DNA of 27,781 bases from a virus (Duplodnaviria > Caudoviricetes), in IMG/VR virus record IMGVR_UViG_3300038530_001398, positions 1 through 27,781 of that record; one strand, given 5' to 3'. Positions 6,867-16,802 of this stretch are shown here, piece after piece. The translations under genes and the position numbers were made by a program. Below the pieces are notes generated by a model that made no database searches, was not told the origin of the DNA, and saw only the letters and a list, made by a program, of their open reading frames with translations. Position 1 is the stretch's first letter. Every line of letters begins with the position of its first letter.

Positions 6867-8085
6867 TGCCAATCCACCTGATCTACATTCTGGACAAGTA
6901 GAAGTAATAAAAGCTCTCAATGAAAATAGACATGTTATTGCTGTATGTGGAAGAAGATGGGGTAAATCTACACTCTCTCTCGTGGCAGCACTAGATCAAG
7001 CACTTAAGAAAAATAAAGTATGGGTTATCTTTCCTGTGTATCCACAGAGTTTAGAGGCATGGCTCAATATCAAATCTTTGATAAGACAACTCCCGGAAGA
7101 ATATGCAGAAGTAAGGGAGGTAGAAAAAAGAATAGTTTTGAAAAATGGTGGATCTATACAAATCAAATCAGCTAATAAACCTGAATCATTGAGGGGTGCA
7201 GGTGGTATTTCTTTGATTATCTTTGATGAGGTTGCTTATATGGATAAAGAAACATGGGATACAGTACGACCAATACTATCTGATAATCTTGGTAAGAGTC
7301 TTATGATTACTACACCAAATGGAGTGAATTGGTTTTATGATCTGTTTGAAAATGCAAAGCGTAGAGATGATTGGGCAGTATTTCATTATCCAACAGAAAA
7401 CAGCCCAAAAATAGATAAGAAAGAACTAGCCTTAGCAAAAGAAGAACTTGGATCGTTAGTTTTTGCTCAAGAGTTTCTTGCAGAGTTTACAGAGGTTGGC
7501 AATATGTTTAAGAGAGAATGGTTTAGATATTTTGAGATTTTACATCCAAACTCTGAAGATCCAGAGTATTTAGTTGATGGAGAGGTATATAAACATTCTG
7601 ATCTATCTTTCTTTGGAACTATGGACACAGCTTTATCACAGAAAGAAACTGCTGATTATTCTGTAATTATGGTTGTAGGCACTACACCAGATGGCAAGAT
7701 GTTAATAATGGATATATACCGGGATAGACTAGCTGCTCCTGATTTAGTGCCAAGAATAGAATATACAATACAAAAGTTTGATCTTGCATGGCTTGGTGTT
7801 GAGGATTCTTCTTTTGGACTAGGTATTATTCAGATGGCTAGGAGGCAGGGGCTACCTATAAAGAATCTCAAAGCAGATAAATCAAAGACAGCTAGAGCTG
7901 TACCAGCAGCAGCAGGAGTAGAAAATGGCACGATCTACTTTTTGAAAAACGCCAAATGGTTAGTAGAATTTGAGAAAGAACTTACGAGCTTTCCGAGTTC
8001 TGGTACACATGATGATCAGGTGGATGCGTTAGCTTACGCAGCTAGGCATGGTATTGTAAGAAAGACAAAATGGAGTGTAATCTAA
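6847..8085 (+). CDS. terL: Terminase large subunit
   Basis: Walker A CGRRWGKS, SLRG, Walker B LIIFDE, motif ITTPNG, nuclease MDTA...ADYS and HDDQVDA. Confidence 0.97.
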   Translation: MAIKTIDANPPDLHSGQVEVIKALNENRHVIAVCGRRWGKSTLSLVAALDQALKKNKVWVIFPVYPQSLEAWLNIKSLIRQLPEEYAEVREVEKRIVLKNGGSIQIKSANKPESLRGAGGISLIIFDEVAYMDKETWDTVRPILSDNLGKSLMITTPNGVNWFYDLFENAKRRDDWAVFHYPTENSPKIDKKELALAKEELGSLVFAQEFLAEFTEVGNMFKREWFRYFEILHPNSEDPEYLVDGEVYKHSDLSFFGTMDTALSQKETADYSVIMVVGTTPDGKMLIMDIYRDRLAAPDLVPRIEYTIQKFDLAWLGVEDSSFGLGIIQMARRQGLPIKNLKADKSKTARAVPAAAGVENGTIYFLKNAKWLVEFEKELTSFPSSGTHDDQVDALAYAARHGIVRKTKWSVI

Positions 8086-11000
8086 TTGGGATTAACAGAT
8101 AATATTAGAGATTTTTTCAGGCAACAGGGAGAACAAGAAACAAAGGCATACAGCAGTTTCCCAAACAATCAGGTTGTTTTTCCTTTCAATACAGATATAG
8201 GTTTTTTTAGTGGTGTAGATCAGATGAGCCCGGAGGGTAACTCTGCTGCACTCGCTTGTTTGAATGTTCTAGGTACAGCGTTTTCAGAGCCACCATTAGA
8301 AGTCTATGAAGAAACAACTGATGGTAAAGAACAAGTATTAAATCATCCTGCATCAATGCTTATGAAGAAACCATCTCCATACATGAGTGGTAACTTACTT
8401 AATCAATATATTGTTGCATCTGTGTCTGTGGCAGGAGATGCCTTTATCTTGAAGTTAAGAAGTGAGGCAGGAGATGTAGTTCAGTTATATCCTTTGATTC
8501 CAGAACAAGTTGATGTAAAAGGTACAAAAGAAGAACTGATTACACATTACGAATACAAGCAAAAAGGTCAAAATATGTATATTCCAAGAGAGGACATGAT
8601 ACATATTAGAGAGAGGATAGATCCTAGAAATCACAGAAGAGGACTAGCTCCACTTAGATCAGTAATGGTAGAAATACTTGGAGATAGTGCTGCAAGTCAA
8701 ATGGCATCAGCTCTTGTAAAAAATATGGGTGTTCCGGGAGTAGTTATATCTCCAAAGAACGATCTATCAATGTCAGGAGAAGAGGCAGAAAACATTGCAG
8801 AGGTATTCGGTAGAAGATTTGGTGGAGAGAACAGAGGTAAACCTCTAGTTGTATCAGGTGGAGAGATTGATGTACAAACACTTTCTTTTTCTCCAAAAGA
8901 TTTAGAGATAGGTAGTTTGAGGCATGTTAATGAAGAGAGAATATCAGCAGTTCTTGGTATTCCAGCAATATTAGCTGGACTTGGAGCTGGTCTTGCATCA
9001 AGCACTTATGCAAATGTAAGTGAGCTAAGAAACTTCTTTACAGAACAAAAACTGATCCCAATGTGGAAGAATGTTGCACAGGATCTTACAAATCAATTAT
9101 TACTTGCAGATTTTACAGATGAGTTGAATTATTCAATGATGTACGATCTATCTGATGTGAGAGCTTTACAATCTGATGAGGCATTAGAAATGGATAAGGT
9201 TGTAAAGGGTTTACAAGCAGGTTTCGTAACAATAGCAGAGGCAAGAAAAGCAACAGGATTTTCTTCGGAAGATCCAAACATGGATGTGTACTTGCGAGGC
9301 ATACAACAGGTTGAAGTTCCAGCAGATGGATCAGAGCCAAGAGTGTTTGCAGGTCAAGTACCAACAGGCGTTCCTGATGCAGATCAGTTTGAAGAAAACA
9401 AGTCTGGAAAGAAAGATGAAGAATATGATGATACCTACATCATTCTTGAAGATGGCGAGAGAGTTCATATCTCTTGGCTTGAGCAAAAAAAGATTAAGAA
9501 AGAAGATGGTAGATATTGTGTATATTCAAAAGATGGAGATAGAAAGTTTGGCTGTTATGACACGAGAGCAGAGGCACAAAGAAGATTAAGACAGATTGAA
9601 AGATATAAAGCTATGTTTGGAGATTTGAAAGTAGGGGATTCTGTTTCGTGGTCTATCAACAAAGATCCTGATCCTCCAAGTACAATTCATGGTGTCATAG
9701 AGTCTTTGAATCAAAATGAAGAAACAGCAAACATAAGAGTATGGGCAATCTTAGAAGATGGAGGACACCAGAGAACAGATAGAGTTGTTGAGGTAGAAGT
9801 ATCAAAGCTCAGAGTGATTGATGCAATAGATCAAGAAGAAAAGCAACTATCCGATAGAGTTGAGAAAGCTCTTAAGAAAAAAATGGAAGAGCACAATGCT
9901 GATTCTCCAAAGTACAGAGCGACAATGGGAATGTTACGAAAAGTTTTTGAAAGAGGAGTTGGAGCATATAGAACAAATCCCGGATCAGTAAGAGGTAATG
10001 TAACATCAGCAGATCAATGGGCAATGGCTAGAGTAAATGCTTTTCTAAAAGCTCTGAAAACAGGTAAGTTTCCACGATCTCCTTTTGATACAGATTTATT
10101 ACCAGAGGATCATCCAGATGCCTCTGATGAGAAATATGGAAAGCCAAAGAAACCAAAGAAACCTAGAAGAAGAAAAAAAGCAATAGATAATGTACCAACT
10201 TACATACAAAAAAATGCACAAAGAGGGTTAGATCTTCTTGAGTTTGCAGGAGATGGTTTAGTAGAAAGAACAATCCGAGAGGCAAGAAGAATGGCAAATG
10301 GAGAAATATCTGATGATAAGGCAAGAAGAATGTCAGCTTGGTTTGCAAGACATGAAGTAGATTTAGAAAGCGATAGAGCAAAAGATTACATAGCAGGTAG
10401 AATTTCCGAGCCACCTCCCGGAGTTGTTAGCTGGTTGCTTTGGGGTGGATCTTTATCAGAGTCAGAGAGAATGAATGCACAGAAATGGGCAGCAAGACAA
10501 GTAGAGCAAATGGATGAAGAAAAATCCTTACGATATGATTTCTATGGATGGGAAGATCCAACAGTAAAGTATCTTGGTTTGCCACCTGTAAAAAGATATA
10601 AGACAGAAGAAGAAAAACAAATCTATTGGAAAGAGATAGATAATTTAAGAACAAGATGGGAGGGAACACTATCAGAGATATATGCAAAAGAGCTTAATAG
10701 ACAAAAGCGAGAGATAGCACGAGAAATTAGATCAAGTAAAAATATTGATGATATGGAAACACGAATAGAAAAGGTAATAGATAGTACAAACTTTGAAAAA
10801 GAGTTTTTACCATTGTATTACTCTCTTTCAGATGATTTCTCTGTAAGAACATACGATAGTTTGTTTCCACAGCAGAAAGAAGAAAAGGCAGCAGATCCTG
10901 TAAGTTTGGGTGTAACTGTTGATGAAGAAGAAACGATCAGAACAGTTTTTACAACTCTTGGTACATTACTTCCATCACAGGGAAGAAGTATCAGAAATAT

Positions 11001-11571
11001 TGTTGAGGAGGGTTTTTATCGTAGGCAACGAAATGTACCTCCAGCAGTAGGATCATTGTTTCAAGATGGACAAGCAGCAAACTTCTTGCAAGAAAATGGT
11101 AAAGCAGTAATGAAAGATCTTAACAATACAACAAAGAAAAGAATATCAACAATCGTTGCAAATACATTGAAAGAGTTTGAAGATCTAGGAATAATTAAAC
11201 CTGTTGCAGGTACACCAAATGGAGAAAAGTTTTTCAATGAGTTAGCAAGAAAGATAAATGTGCAACTAGGTGGACAATCATTGAATAGAGCAAAGATTAT
11301 TGCTAGAACAGAGGTATTGAAAGCATCATCTTGGGCTCAACAAAGAGCAGCCTTATCAACAGGCAAGAAACTTGAAAAAGAGTGGGTATCTCAAAGAGAT
11401 ATTCTCGTAAGAGAGGCTCATCAGATATTAGACAATCAAAGAGTTCCGGCTGATAGCTTTTATCTGTATAATGGAATCAAGTTGGATTTTCCGGGAGATC
11501 CGAAAGCTCCAGCAGATTTAGTAGTAAATTGTAGATGCACAGAGGCATTTGTAGAGGTAATAGATGAGTGA
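8086..11571 (+). CDS. HK97-type portal fused to several small inserted domains and a C-terminal MuF (gp7-like head morphogenesis) domain
   Basis: Portal motifs HPASMLMKKPSPYMSG, GLAPL, PGVVI, ISAVLGIP, TYANV, TIAEAR. MuF motifs RAKIIARTE, KEW, VREAH...LD, FPGDP, VVNCRC. TTG start. Confidence 0.92.
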   Translation: MGLTDNIRDFFRQQGEQETKAYSSFPNNQVVFPFNTDIGFFSGVDQMSPEGNSAALACLNVLGTAFSEPPLEVYEETTDGKEQVLNHPASMLMKKPSPYMSGNLLNQYIVASVSVAGDAFILKLRSEAGDVVQLYPLIPEQVDVKGTKEELITHYEYKQKGQNMYIPREDMIHIRERIDPRNHRRGLAPLRSVMVEILGDSAASQMASALVKNMGVPGVVISPKNDLSMSGEEAENIAEVFGRRFGGENRGKPLVVSGGEIDVQTLSFSPKDLEIGSLRHVNEERISAVLGIPAILAGLGAGLASSTYANVSELRNFFTEQKLIPMWKNVAQDLTNQLLLADFTDELNYSMMYDLSDVRALQSDEALEMDKVVKGLQAGFVTIAEARKATGFSSEDPNMDVYLRGIQQVEVPADGSEPRVFAGQVPTGVPDADQFEENKSGKKDEEYDDTYIILEDGERVHISWLEQKKIKKEDGRYCVYSKDGDRKFGCYDTRAEAQRRLRQIERYKAMFGDLKVGDSVSWSINKDPDPPSTIHGVIESLNQNEETANIRVWAILEDGGHQRTDRVVEVEVSKLRVIDAIDQEEKQLSDRVEKALKKKMEEHNADSPKYRATMGMLRKVFERGVGAYRTNPGSVRGNVTSADQWAMARVNAFLKALKTGKFPRSPFDTDLLPEDHPDASDEKYGKPKKPKKPRRRKKAIDNVPTYIQKNAQRGLDLLEFAGDGLVERTIREARRMANGEISDDKARRMSAWFARHEVDLESDRAKDYIAGRISEPPPGVVSWLLWGGSLSESERMNAQKWAARQVEQMDEEKSLRYDFYGWEDPTVKYLGLPPVKRYKTEEEKQIYWKEIDNLRTRWEGTLSEIYAKELNRQKREIAREIRSSKNIDDMETRIEKVIDSTNFEKEFLPLYYSLSDDFSVRTYDSLFPQQKEEKAADPVSLGVTVDEEETIRTVFTTLGTLLPSQGRSIRNIVEEGFYRRQRNVPPAVGSLFQDGQAANFLQENGKAVMKDLNNTTKKRISTIVANTLKEFEDLGIIKPVAGTPNGEKFFNELARKINVQLGGQSLNRAKIIARTEVLKASSWAQQRAALSTGKKLEKEWVSQRDILVREAHQILDNQRVPADSFYLYNGIKLDFPGDPKAPADLVVNCRCTEAFVEVIDE

Positions 11572-12610
11572 AGAAATAAAAAGACCAAAAGACTTAGTGT
11601 ACAAAAGTACACCGATAGAACTTAAAGAAGATGGAGATACTAGATACTTAGAGGCTGTATTTTCTTTATTTGATAAAGTAGATTCAGATAATGACATAAC
11701 ACAAGCAGGAGCTTTGAAATCAGGATATGAGGGTAACAAAGTTCCATTAGTTTGGAATCACGATTGGAGCAAAGTAATCGGTAGAGGTGTTATAGAGTCA
11801 GATAATGAAAAAGCAGTATTTAAAGGATATTTTCTAAATACCGAATCCGGCAAAGAGGCATACGAAACTGTAAAGCAAATGAGAGATATGCAACAGTTCA
11901 GTTATGGCTTTCAAGTCTTAGATTCAGATACATCAACAGCGACTGATTCAAAGGGAGAAGAAGTACCTGTAAGAGTATTGAAAGATGTAAAGGTTTGGGA
12001 AGTTTCTCCTGTACTTGTAGGATCACAACAAAACTCATTTGTTCAAGCATTGAAATCAGGTTTAGATCAGTTTGATACACCACAAGAGGAAGAAGAAAAG
12101 AGAGCTCTTGGGGATGATATGTACACAACAAAAGAAGAGGCAGAGGCTAGAGCAGAAGAACTAGGATGCTCTGGTTTTCACGAACACATGATGGATGGCG
12201 AAACAGTTTATATGCCATGTTCCAATATGGATGATTACACAAGAATTACAGGTCAAGAGCACGAGTCAGAAGATAATCCATCATTGACTTATGCAGGTAA
12301 GATTTCAAGTGAAACTGATACAGAAATCAGCACTTCTACTCAACAGGGTAAAAGGCTTGAAGAACAAGCCCTATCTTCTCTTGAGGAGATTAAGGCATTT
12401 ACAGAGAGAATAGAAGATCTTGCTCTTCTAAGAAACTCTGAAAAGAAAACAATGAGTTCAAAATCAACTGAATTATTGTCTAAGTATTTACAGGGTTTGA
12501 ATGCAATCTATAACAGATTGGATGATGTCTTGGAAACACATGGATATGATGAGGTTTCTGATGATGAACTCTTTTTGGAAGTTCAAAAGAACATTTTTAA
12601 AAACCAATAG
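11564..12610 (+). CDS. HK97-family prohead protease with a DUF3721-like insert
   Basis: VDSDND...GA, LVWNHD...IG, FSYGF, WEVSPV. Insert EAEARAEELGCSGFH...YMPC. Confidence 0.92.
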   Translation: MSEEIKRPKDLVYKSTPIELKEDGDTRYLEAVFSLFDKVDSDNDITQAGALKSGYEGNKVPLVWNHDWSKVIGRGVIESDNEKAVFKGYFLNTESGKEAYETVKQMRDMQQFSYGFQVLDSDTSTATDSKGEEVPVRVLKDVKVWEVSPVLVGSQQNSFVQALKSGLDQFDTPQEEEEKRALGDDMYTTKEEAEARAEELGCSGFHEHMMDGETVYMPCSNMDDYTRITGQEHESEDNPSLTYAGKISSETDTEISTSTQQGKRLEEQALSSLEEIKAFTERIEDLALLRNSEKKTMSSKSTELLSKYLQGLNAIYNRLDDVLETHGYDEVSDDELFLEVQKNIFKNQ

Positions 12611-12622
12611 GAGAAAAATATA

Positions 12623-13849
12623 ATGGCAACATTAAAAGAACTTAGAAATGAGAAAGCTGCTAAATCAAATGAATTAGCAGATATTTTTGATTCTGTTGAA
12701 GAAATGTCTGAATTAACATCCGATCAAAAAGAAGAAATAAAAAGAAGAAATCAAGAACTCGCAGATATTGGGGATTCAATTACTGAATTACAACAGTTAG
12801 AGGAAATCAAAGAATCTAACGAAAAGGTAGAAGAAAAGGTTGCTAAAACAGCTCCTATCTACCAAGAGCCAGAAGTTGAAAAAGCACCAAAATCTTTAGG
12901 GCAACAATTTCTTGAGTCTAATGCGTACAAAAGTTTCGTAGATCATGGATTGAAAAATATTCCATTTGAAACAAAAACTACTGTAACAACTTCAGTTTGG
13001 ACTAGAGATACAATCTATCAACAGGTTATTCCTGCAATAGAGCCAGATCCTAATCCAGCATTAGATCTTGTAGATTCTATAAACACAGATCAAACAACTT
13101 ATTATTTCTTACAAGAGGGATCAACAAACAATGCAGCCGAAAAAGCAGAGGGAAGTGCAGCACCAGAGGATGCTTTCACTTACACAGCAGTTACTGCTCC
13201 TGTTTCAAAATTCATTACAACTCTACCTATAACAGCAGAGTTGCTTGAAGATCAAGCAGGTGCTCAAGCATATTTTGATGGCAGATTAGCAAATCATGTT
13301 ATGCAAAGACTAGAAAAGCAGTTCCTTATCGGTGGAGCAGTTGCACCAAATATTCGCGGCTTGACACAACACGCCGGAATAAATACGATCACTTATACAG
13401 CAGGAGCTTTCCCAGCAACTGCTGGAGGTAAGTTGAGAACAGTATTGGATGGAATCAAAGATGTTGAGGTAAATGGTAAATTGAGCCCAGATGCAGTTCT
13501 TATGAGCCCAGCAGCTTATAACGCACTTGTAGCTCAAGTAGATGGTAATAACAACTTCATGTTAGGTGCATCAGCATTAGCTGGTACTCCTACCATTTGG
13601 GGATTACCTGTTACAAAATCATCTCAAATCGGTGGAGCAGTTGGAACTACTATTGATGTAGTTGTAGGTGCTTTCGGTGGATCTTTAGCAGCTAACCATG
13701 TGTTCAGAAGAGGTATGGAAATTTCCATCTCTGAAAATGCAGCAGATGGCGACTTTGGAAAAGATATATTGACAATCAAAGCATCATTACGATACGCATT
13801 GGCAGTATATAAACCACAGGCATTCACAAGAATCAACGATATAGAATAA
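12623..13849 (+). CDS. Major capsid protein, HK97 fold, with N-terminal delta domain
   Basis: Coiled-coil N-terminus, AEGSAAPE, ITAELLED, PTIWGLPV, VYKPQAF; AGGAG SD. Confidence 0.95.
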   Translation: MATLKELRNEKAAKSNELADIFDSVEEMSELTSDQKEEIKRRNQELADIGDSITELQQLEEIKESNEKVEEKVAKTAPIYQEPEVEKAPKSLGQQFLESNAYKSFVDHGLKNIPFETKTTVTTSVWTRDTIYQQVIPAIEPDPNPALDLVDSINTDQTTYYFLQEGSTNNAAEKAEGSAAPEDAFTYTAVTAPVSKFITTLPITAELLEDQAGAQAYFDGRLANHVMQRLEKQFLIGGAVAPNIRGLTQHAGINTITYTAGAFPATAGGKLRTVLDGIKDVEVNGKLSPDAVLMSPAAYNALVAQVDGNNNFMLGASALAGTPTIWGLPVTKSSQIGGAVGTTIDVVVGAFGGSLAANHVFRRGMEISISENAADGDFGKDILTIKASLRYALAVYKPQAFTRINDIE

Positions 13850-13853
13850 ATTT

Positions 13854-13913
13854 ATGGAAGAGCAGAGTCATACTTTTGTGTTAAAGACAGAGGTAGTGGA
13901 CTCTGCTATCCAT
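13854..13913 (+). other. Long RNA hairpin downstream of the capsid gene
   Basis: ATGGA/TCCAT, AGCAGAGTC/GACTCTGCT and TACTTTTGT/ACAGAGGTA (two G-U pairs); 7-nt loop; no strong U-tract. Confidence 0.65.
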
Positions 13914-13931
13914 TTACAAAAGGAGAAAAAC

Positions 13932-14126
13932 ATGAAAATTGTACAAAAAGAAAATCAAATGGTTTGGAAAGATAACAAGACCGGGAAAATGCAACAGGGT
14001 AAAGAATGCCCATTTACATCCGGAGTGTTAGTTGCTGGAATGGGAGATGAAATCCCAAGTGGTATCACAAAAAAAGCAGCAAAGAAACCAGAAACAAAAG
14101 CAGTAAAACCTAAAGAAAATAAGTAA
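13932..14126 (+). CDS. Small basic capsid-associated protein
   Basis: AAGGAG SD before ATG 13932; K-rich tail KKPETKAVKPKENK; typical position after the capsid gene. Confidence 0.75.
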   Translation: MKIVQKENQMVWKDNKTGKMQQGKECPFTSGVLVAGMGDEIPSGITKKAAKKPETKAVKPKENK

Positions 14127-14175
14127 GCTATGTGGTTTGATGATCCTTTATTGGATGATCTTGATGAGGAGTTAG

Positions 14176-14868
14176 ATGAGCCATCAGTACATGGACAAGA
14201 GCGAACTAAAGACATTTCTTGGAATGTCTGGAACAGCTCAAGATAACAATTTAGATTTTGCATTAGATGCTGCAAGTGCAGCTATTGATGATTTCTGTGG
14301 AAGAGTATTCTACAAAACAGATGTGCAAGATAGATTTTATGATTGTGAGTTCACAGATTTTGTGATGGTTGATGATATTGCAACAACAACAAATCTAGTT
14401 GTAAAGACTTTGAACTCTGATGGCACAGATCACGAAACCTTAACACTAAATACTGATTTTTATTTATATCCTCATAATGCAGCAAACTTAGATCCAAAGA
14501 TGCCATTTGATAAGATAGTCATGGCAATAGAGGTAAGTGGTAAAGTCTTACCAACTAAATATCCAAGAGGATTGAAAGTTACTGCGAGTTTTGGGTTTCC
14601 GGTGCAGTCTGGAAGTGAAACAGTACCGGCAGCAATACAACAGGCGACACTTATACAAGCTGCTCGGTTTTTCCAGAGAAAGAATAGCCCAATGGGATTT
14701 AGTGGCAATCCCGAAACAGGCAATGCACCGGTTATTTTTCTATCAGAGTTAGATCCTGATGTAAAGACACTTTGCAAAAAGTTCAAGAAAAAAACTGTAA
14801 CATTATCAGCAGGGCGACCATTTGTAGGTATTACGCAAGTAAATAGAAACAGGATTTATGGGGCATGA
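14176..14868 (+). CDS. Head-tail connector/adaptor (gp6-like)
   Basis: ELKTFLG...D..L...AASAAIDDFCGRVF...VPAAIQQATL...DPDV. Confidence 0.85.
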   Translation: MSHQYMDKSELKTFLGMSGTAQDNNLDFALDAASAAIDDFCGRVFYKTDVQDRFYDCEFTDFVMVDDIATTTNLVVKTLNSDGTDHETLTLNTDFYLYPHNAANLDPKMPFDKIVMAIEVSGKVLPTKYPRGLKVTASFGFPVQSGSETVPAAIQQATLIQAARFFQRKNSPMGFSGNPETGNAPVIFLSELDPDVKTLCKKFKKKTVTLSAGRPFVGITQVNRNRIYGA

Positions 14869-15419
14869 AACTAACACTAAATGGGGCTTTAGATCTAAGT
14901 AAAGCAATAAATAATCAAACTATATTTAATAAAAGATCAGTAGATACATTTAACGAAATAAAAAGAAAACTAAAACAAGATGCTCAAGACAGATTGAGAT
15001 TACCTCCATCTCCTCAATCTAAATCAAGTAAATCAACAGGTAGGACTAGAAAATCAATATTTACAGCAAATCTTGGTAATACAAATGCTTTGAGAATGGT
15101 TAGAGGTGTTAAATTAGCATCAACATCTAAAACAGCAATATTCTTACATGGTAAACCAATATATAGAAGTTTTACACCGATTAAGAAAACAAAACCTTTT
15201 TTCCCACCTTACAAAGAGGGATCAGAGTTATACAAATGGGCAAGAAGAGGATCTCCAAAACTAAACTCATTCTTAGTTGCAAGAGCAATATCTAAAAGAG
15301 GTTTAAAAATGAAACCTTTTATTGGTGGTACAGTATTTGAAATGAAAGATGAAATCAAAGATGATCTAAATAAAATGTTTGAAAAAATAGCACAAGATAT
15401 AGCTAGGTCAGTTAAATAA
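14865..15419 (+). CDS. Putative neck / tail-completion protein (HK97 gp10-like)
   Basis: TGRTRKSI, TKPFFPP, WARR, VARAISKRGLKMKPF; synteny. Confidence 0.65.
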   Translation: MKLTLNGALDLSKAINNQTIFNKRSVDTFNEIKRKLKQDAQDRLRLPPSPQSKSSKSTGRTRKSIFTANLGNTNALRMVRGVKLASTSKTAIFLHGKPIYRSFTPIKKTKPFFPPYKEGSELYKWARRGSPKLNSFLVARAISKRGLKMKPFIGGTVFEMKDEIKDDLNKMFEKIAQDIARSVK

Positions 15420-15829
15420 TGGCTACTTTTTCAAGCATTCGTGATGGACTCAAAACAAGACTTGCAACAATATCAGGTGTAACAGTTTATGATACTGTGC
15501 CAGATTTTTTAGATCCACCTGCAATAATCATTGCTCCATTCAACACTTTAAATTTTGATACAACAATGGCAAGAGGTGCAGATACTTATGAGATTCCTGT
15601 TATTCTTTATATTCAAAGAGTTGATGCAGCAAGTGCTCAAGATTCGCTAGATGCCTTTTTGGCAAGTAGTGGAGGATCAAGTGTAAAGGCTGCAATAGAG
15701 GGAGATCCAACATTGGGAGGTGCAGCAATGTCTGCTAGAGTGGTATCAGCAACAGATTATGGAGAATATGAAGTTTCGCAGGGAACTTCTTATCTCGGAG
15801 TAACATTTAATATTGAGGTAATAGGATGA
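15419..15829 (+). CDS. Tail terminator
   Basis: IRDGLKTRL...VYDTVPD...PPA...VKAAIEGDPTLGG; located before the tail tube genes. Confidence 0.7.
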   Translation: MATFSSIRDGLKTRLATISGVTVYDTVPDFLDPPAIIIAPFNTLNFDTTMARGADTYEIPVILYIQRVDAASAQDSLDAFLASSGGSSVKAAIEGDPTLGGAAMSARVVSATDYGEYEVSQGTSYLGVTFNIEVIG

Positions 15830-16074
15830 AAATAGAAATATTAGTTGGAAGTAATTATCCAGATGGCAAAGAAGAAAAAAGAGTAGAGCCGGGAGATGTT
15901 GTAGATGTTCCAGATAAAATCGCCAAAAGTTTGATAAAGAATAATGCAGCAGTAAAATTTGATAGTGCAAAGAAAAATAAAACAACTAAAAAAAGAGCTA
16001 GAAATGAGGATGGTAGTTTTAAGGCAGATGATCCAGAAACTCCTGAAAATGAGGCTTGGGAGGTAACTGAATAA
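15826..16074 (+). CDS. Small hypothetical virion-region protein
   Basis: EPGDVVDVP domain plus a RARNEDGSFKADDPETPENEAW tail; translationally coupled on both sides. Confidence 0.7.
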   Translation: MKIEILVGSNYPDGKEEKRVEPGDVVDVPDKIAKSLIKNNAAVKFDSAKKNKTTKKRARNEDGSFKADDPETPENEAWEVTE

Positions 16075-16790
16075 TGCCAACTTTCAGTCATGGTAAAGAT
16101 GCAGTTGTATTACTTGATAATACAAATTTAAGTACAACACTTACTGATGTAGCAGTATCACTTACAGCAGATGTAAATGAAACAAGCACTTTTTCAAGTT
16201 CTGCAAAATCGTTTATATCGGGTTTAACTGATGGTACTGCAACTGCATCTGGTTACTTTACAACTTCAAGCCCAGATTCTAATACAGAATACTTAGCACA
16301 GTTAGGCAGTTCAGGATCAGCTTTCTCAATAGCTCCGATAGGATATACAAGAGGCAATCCAGCAACTCTAGGTAAAGTTATAGAAACATCTTATGATAGA
16401 TCAGCAGATGTTGCAGGAGTTGTTGCAGTAGCAGTAGCTTTTCAATTTAGTGATGATAGTTTTGATGGTAAAAGTCTGGTTGCTCCAGCAGCTTTTACTA
16501 CTACATCAACTGAAACATCAGTTGATTTTGGAGCAGCAGGTACTAATGGAGGTGGAGCAGTCTTGCATGTAACAGCAGCAAGTGGTACTTCTCCGACATT
16601 AGATGCCAAAATACAAACAAGTGCAGATAACGCATCATTTTCTGATTACATAACATTTAGTCAGAAAACTGCTGTGGGATCTGAATATAAAACAAGTACA
16701 AGCAATCCAGCACGATATGCAAGAGCTGTTTTAACAATAGGAGGATCAACTCCTAGTTTTACAGTTGCTATTAGTTTTGGACAGGGATAA
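16074..16790 (+). CDS. Tail tube protein paralog 1 with a C-terminal beta-rich extension
   Basis: The first ~125 aa align by eye with 16803..17210; an extra ~110-aa domain follows. Confidence 0.7.
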   Translation: MPTFSHGKDAVVLLDNTNLSTTLTDVAVSLTADVNETSTFSSSAKSFISGLTDGTATASGYFTTSSPDSNTEYLAQLGSSGSAFSIAPIGYTRGNPATLGKVIETSYDRSADVAGVVAVAVAFQFSDDSFDGKSLVAPAAFTTTSTETSVDFGAAGTNGGGAVLHVTAASGTSPTLDAKIQTSADNASFSDYITFSQKTAVGSEYKTSTSNPARYARAVLTIGGSTPSFTVAISFGQG

Positions 16791-16802
16791 TAAAGGAGAA
16801 TA

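Noticed and set aside
9330-10620. Intein or homing endonuclease in the portal
   Set aside because: No intein splice-junction motifs (C/S...HN) and no LAGLIDADG or HNH motifs in the inserted region.
13854-13931. 26-aa N-terminal extension of the small capsid-associated protein (track start 13854)
   Set aside because: This stretch is the hairpin; the SD supports ATG 13932.
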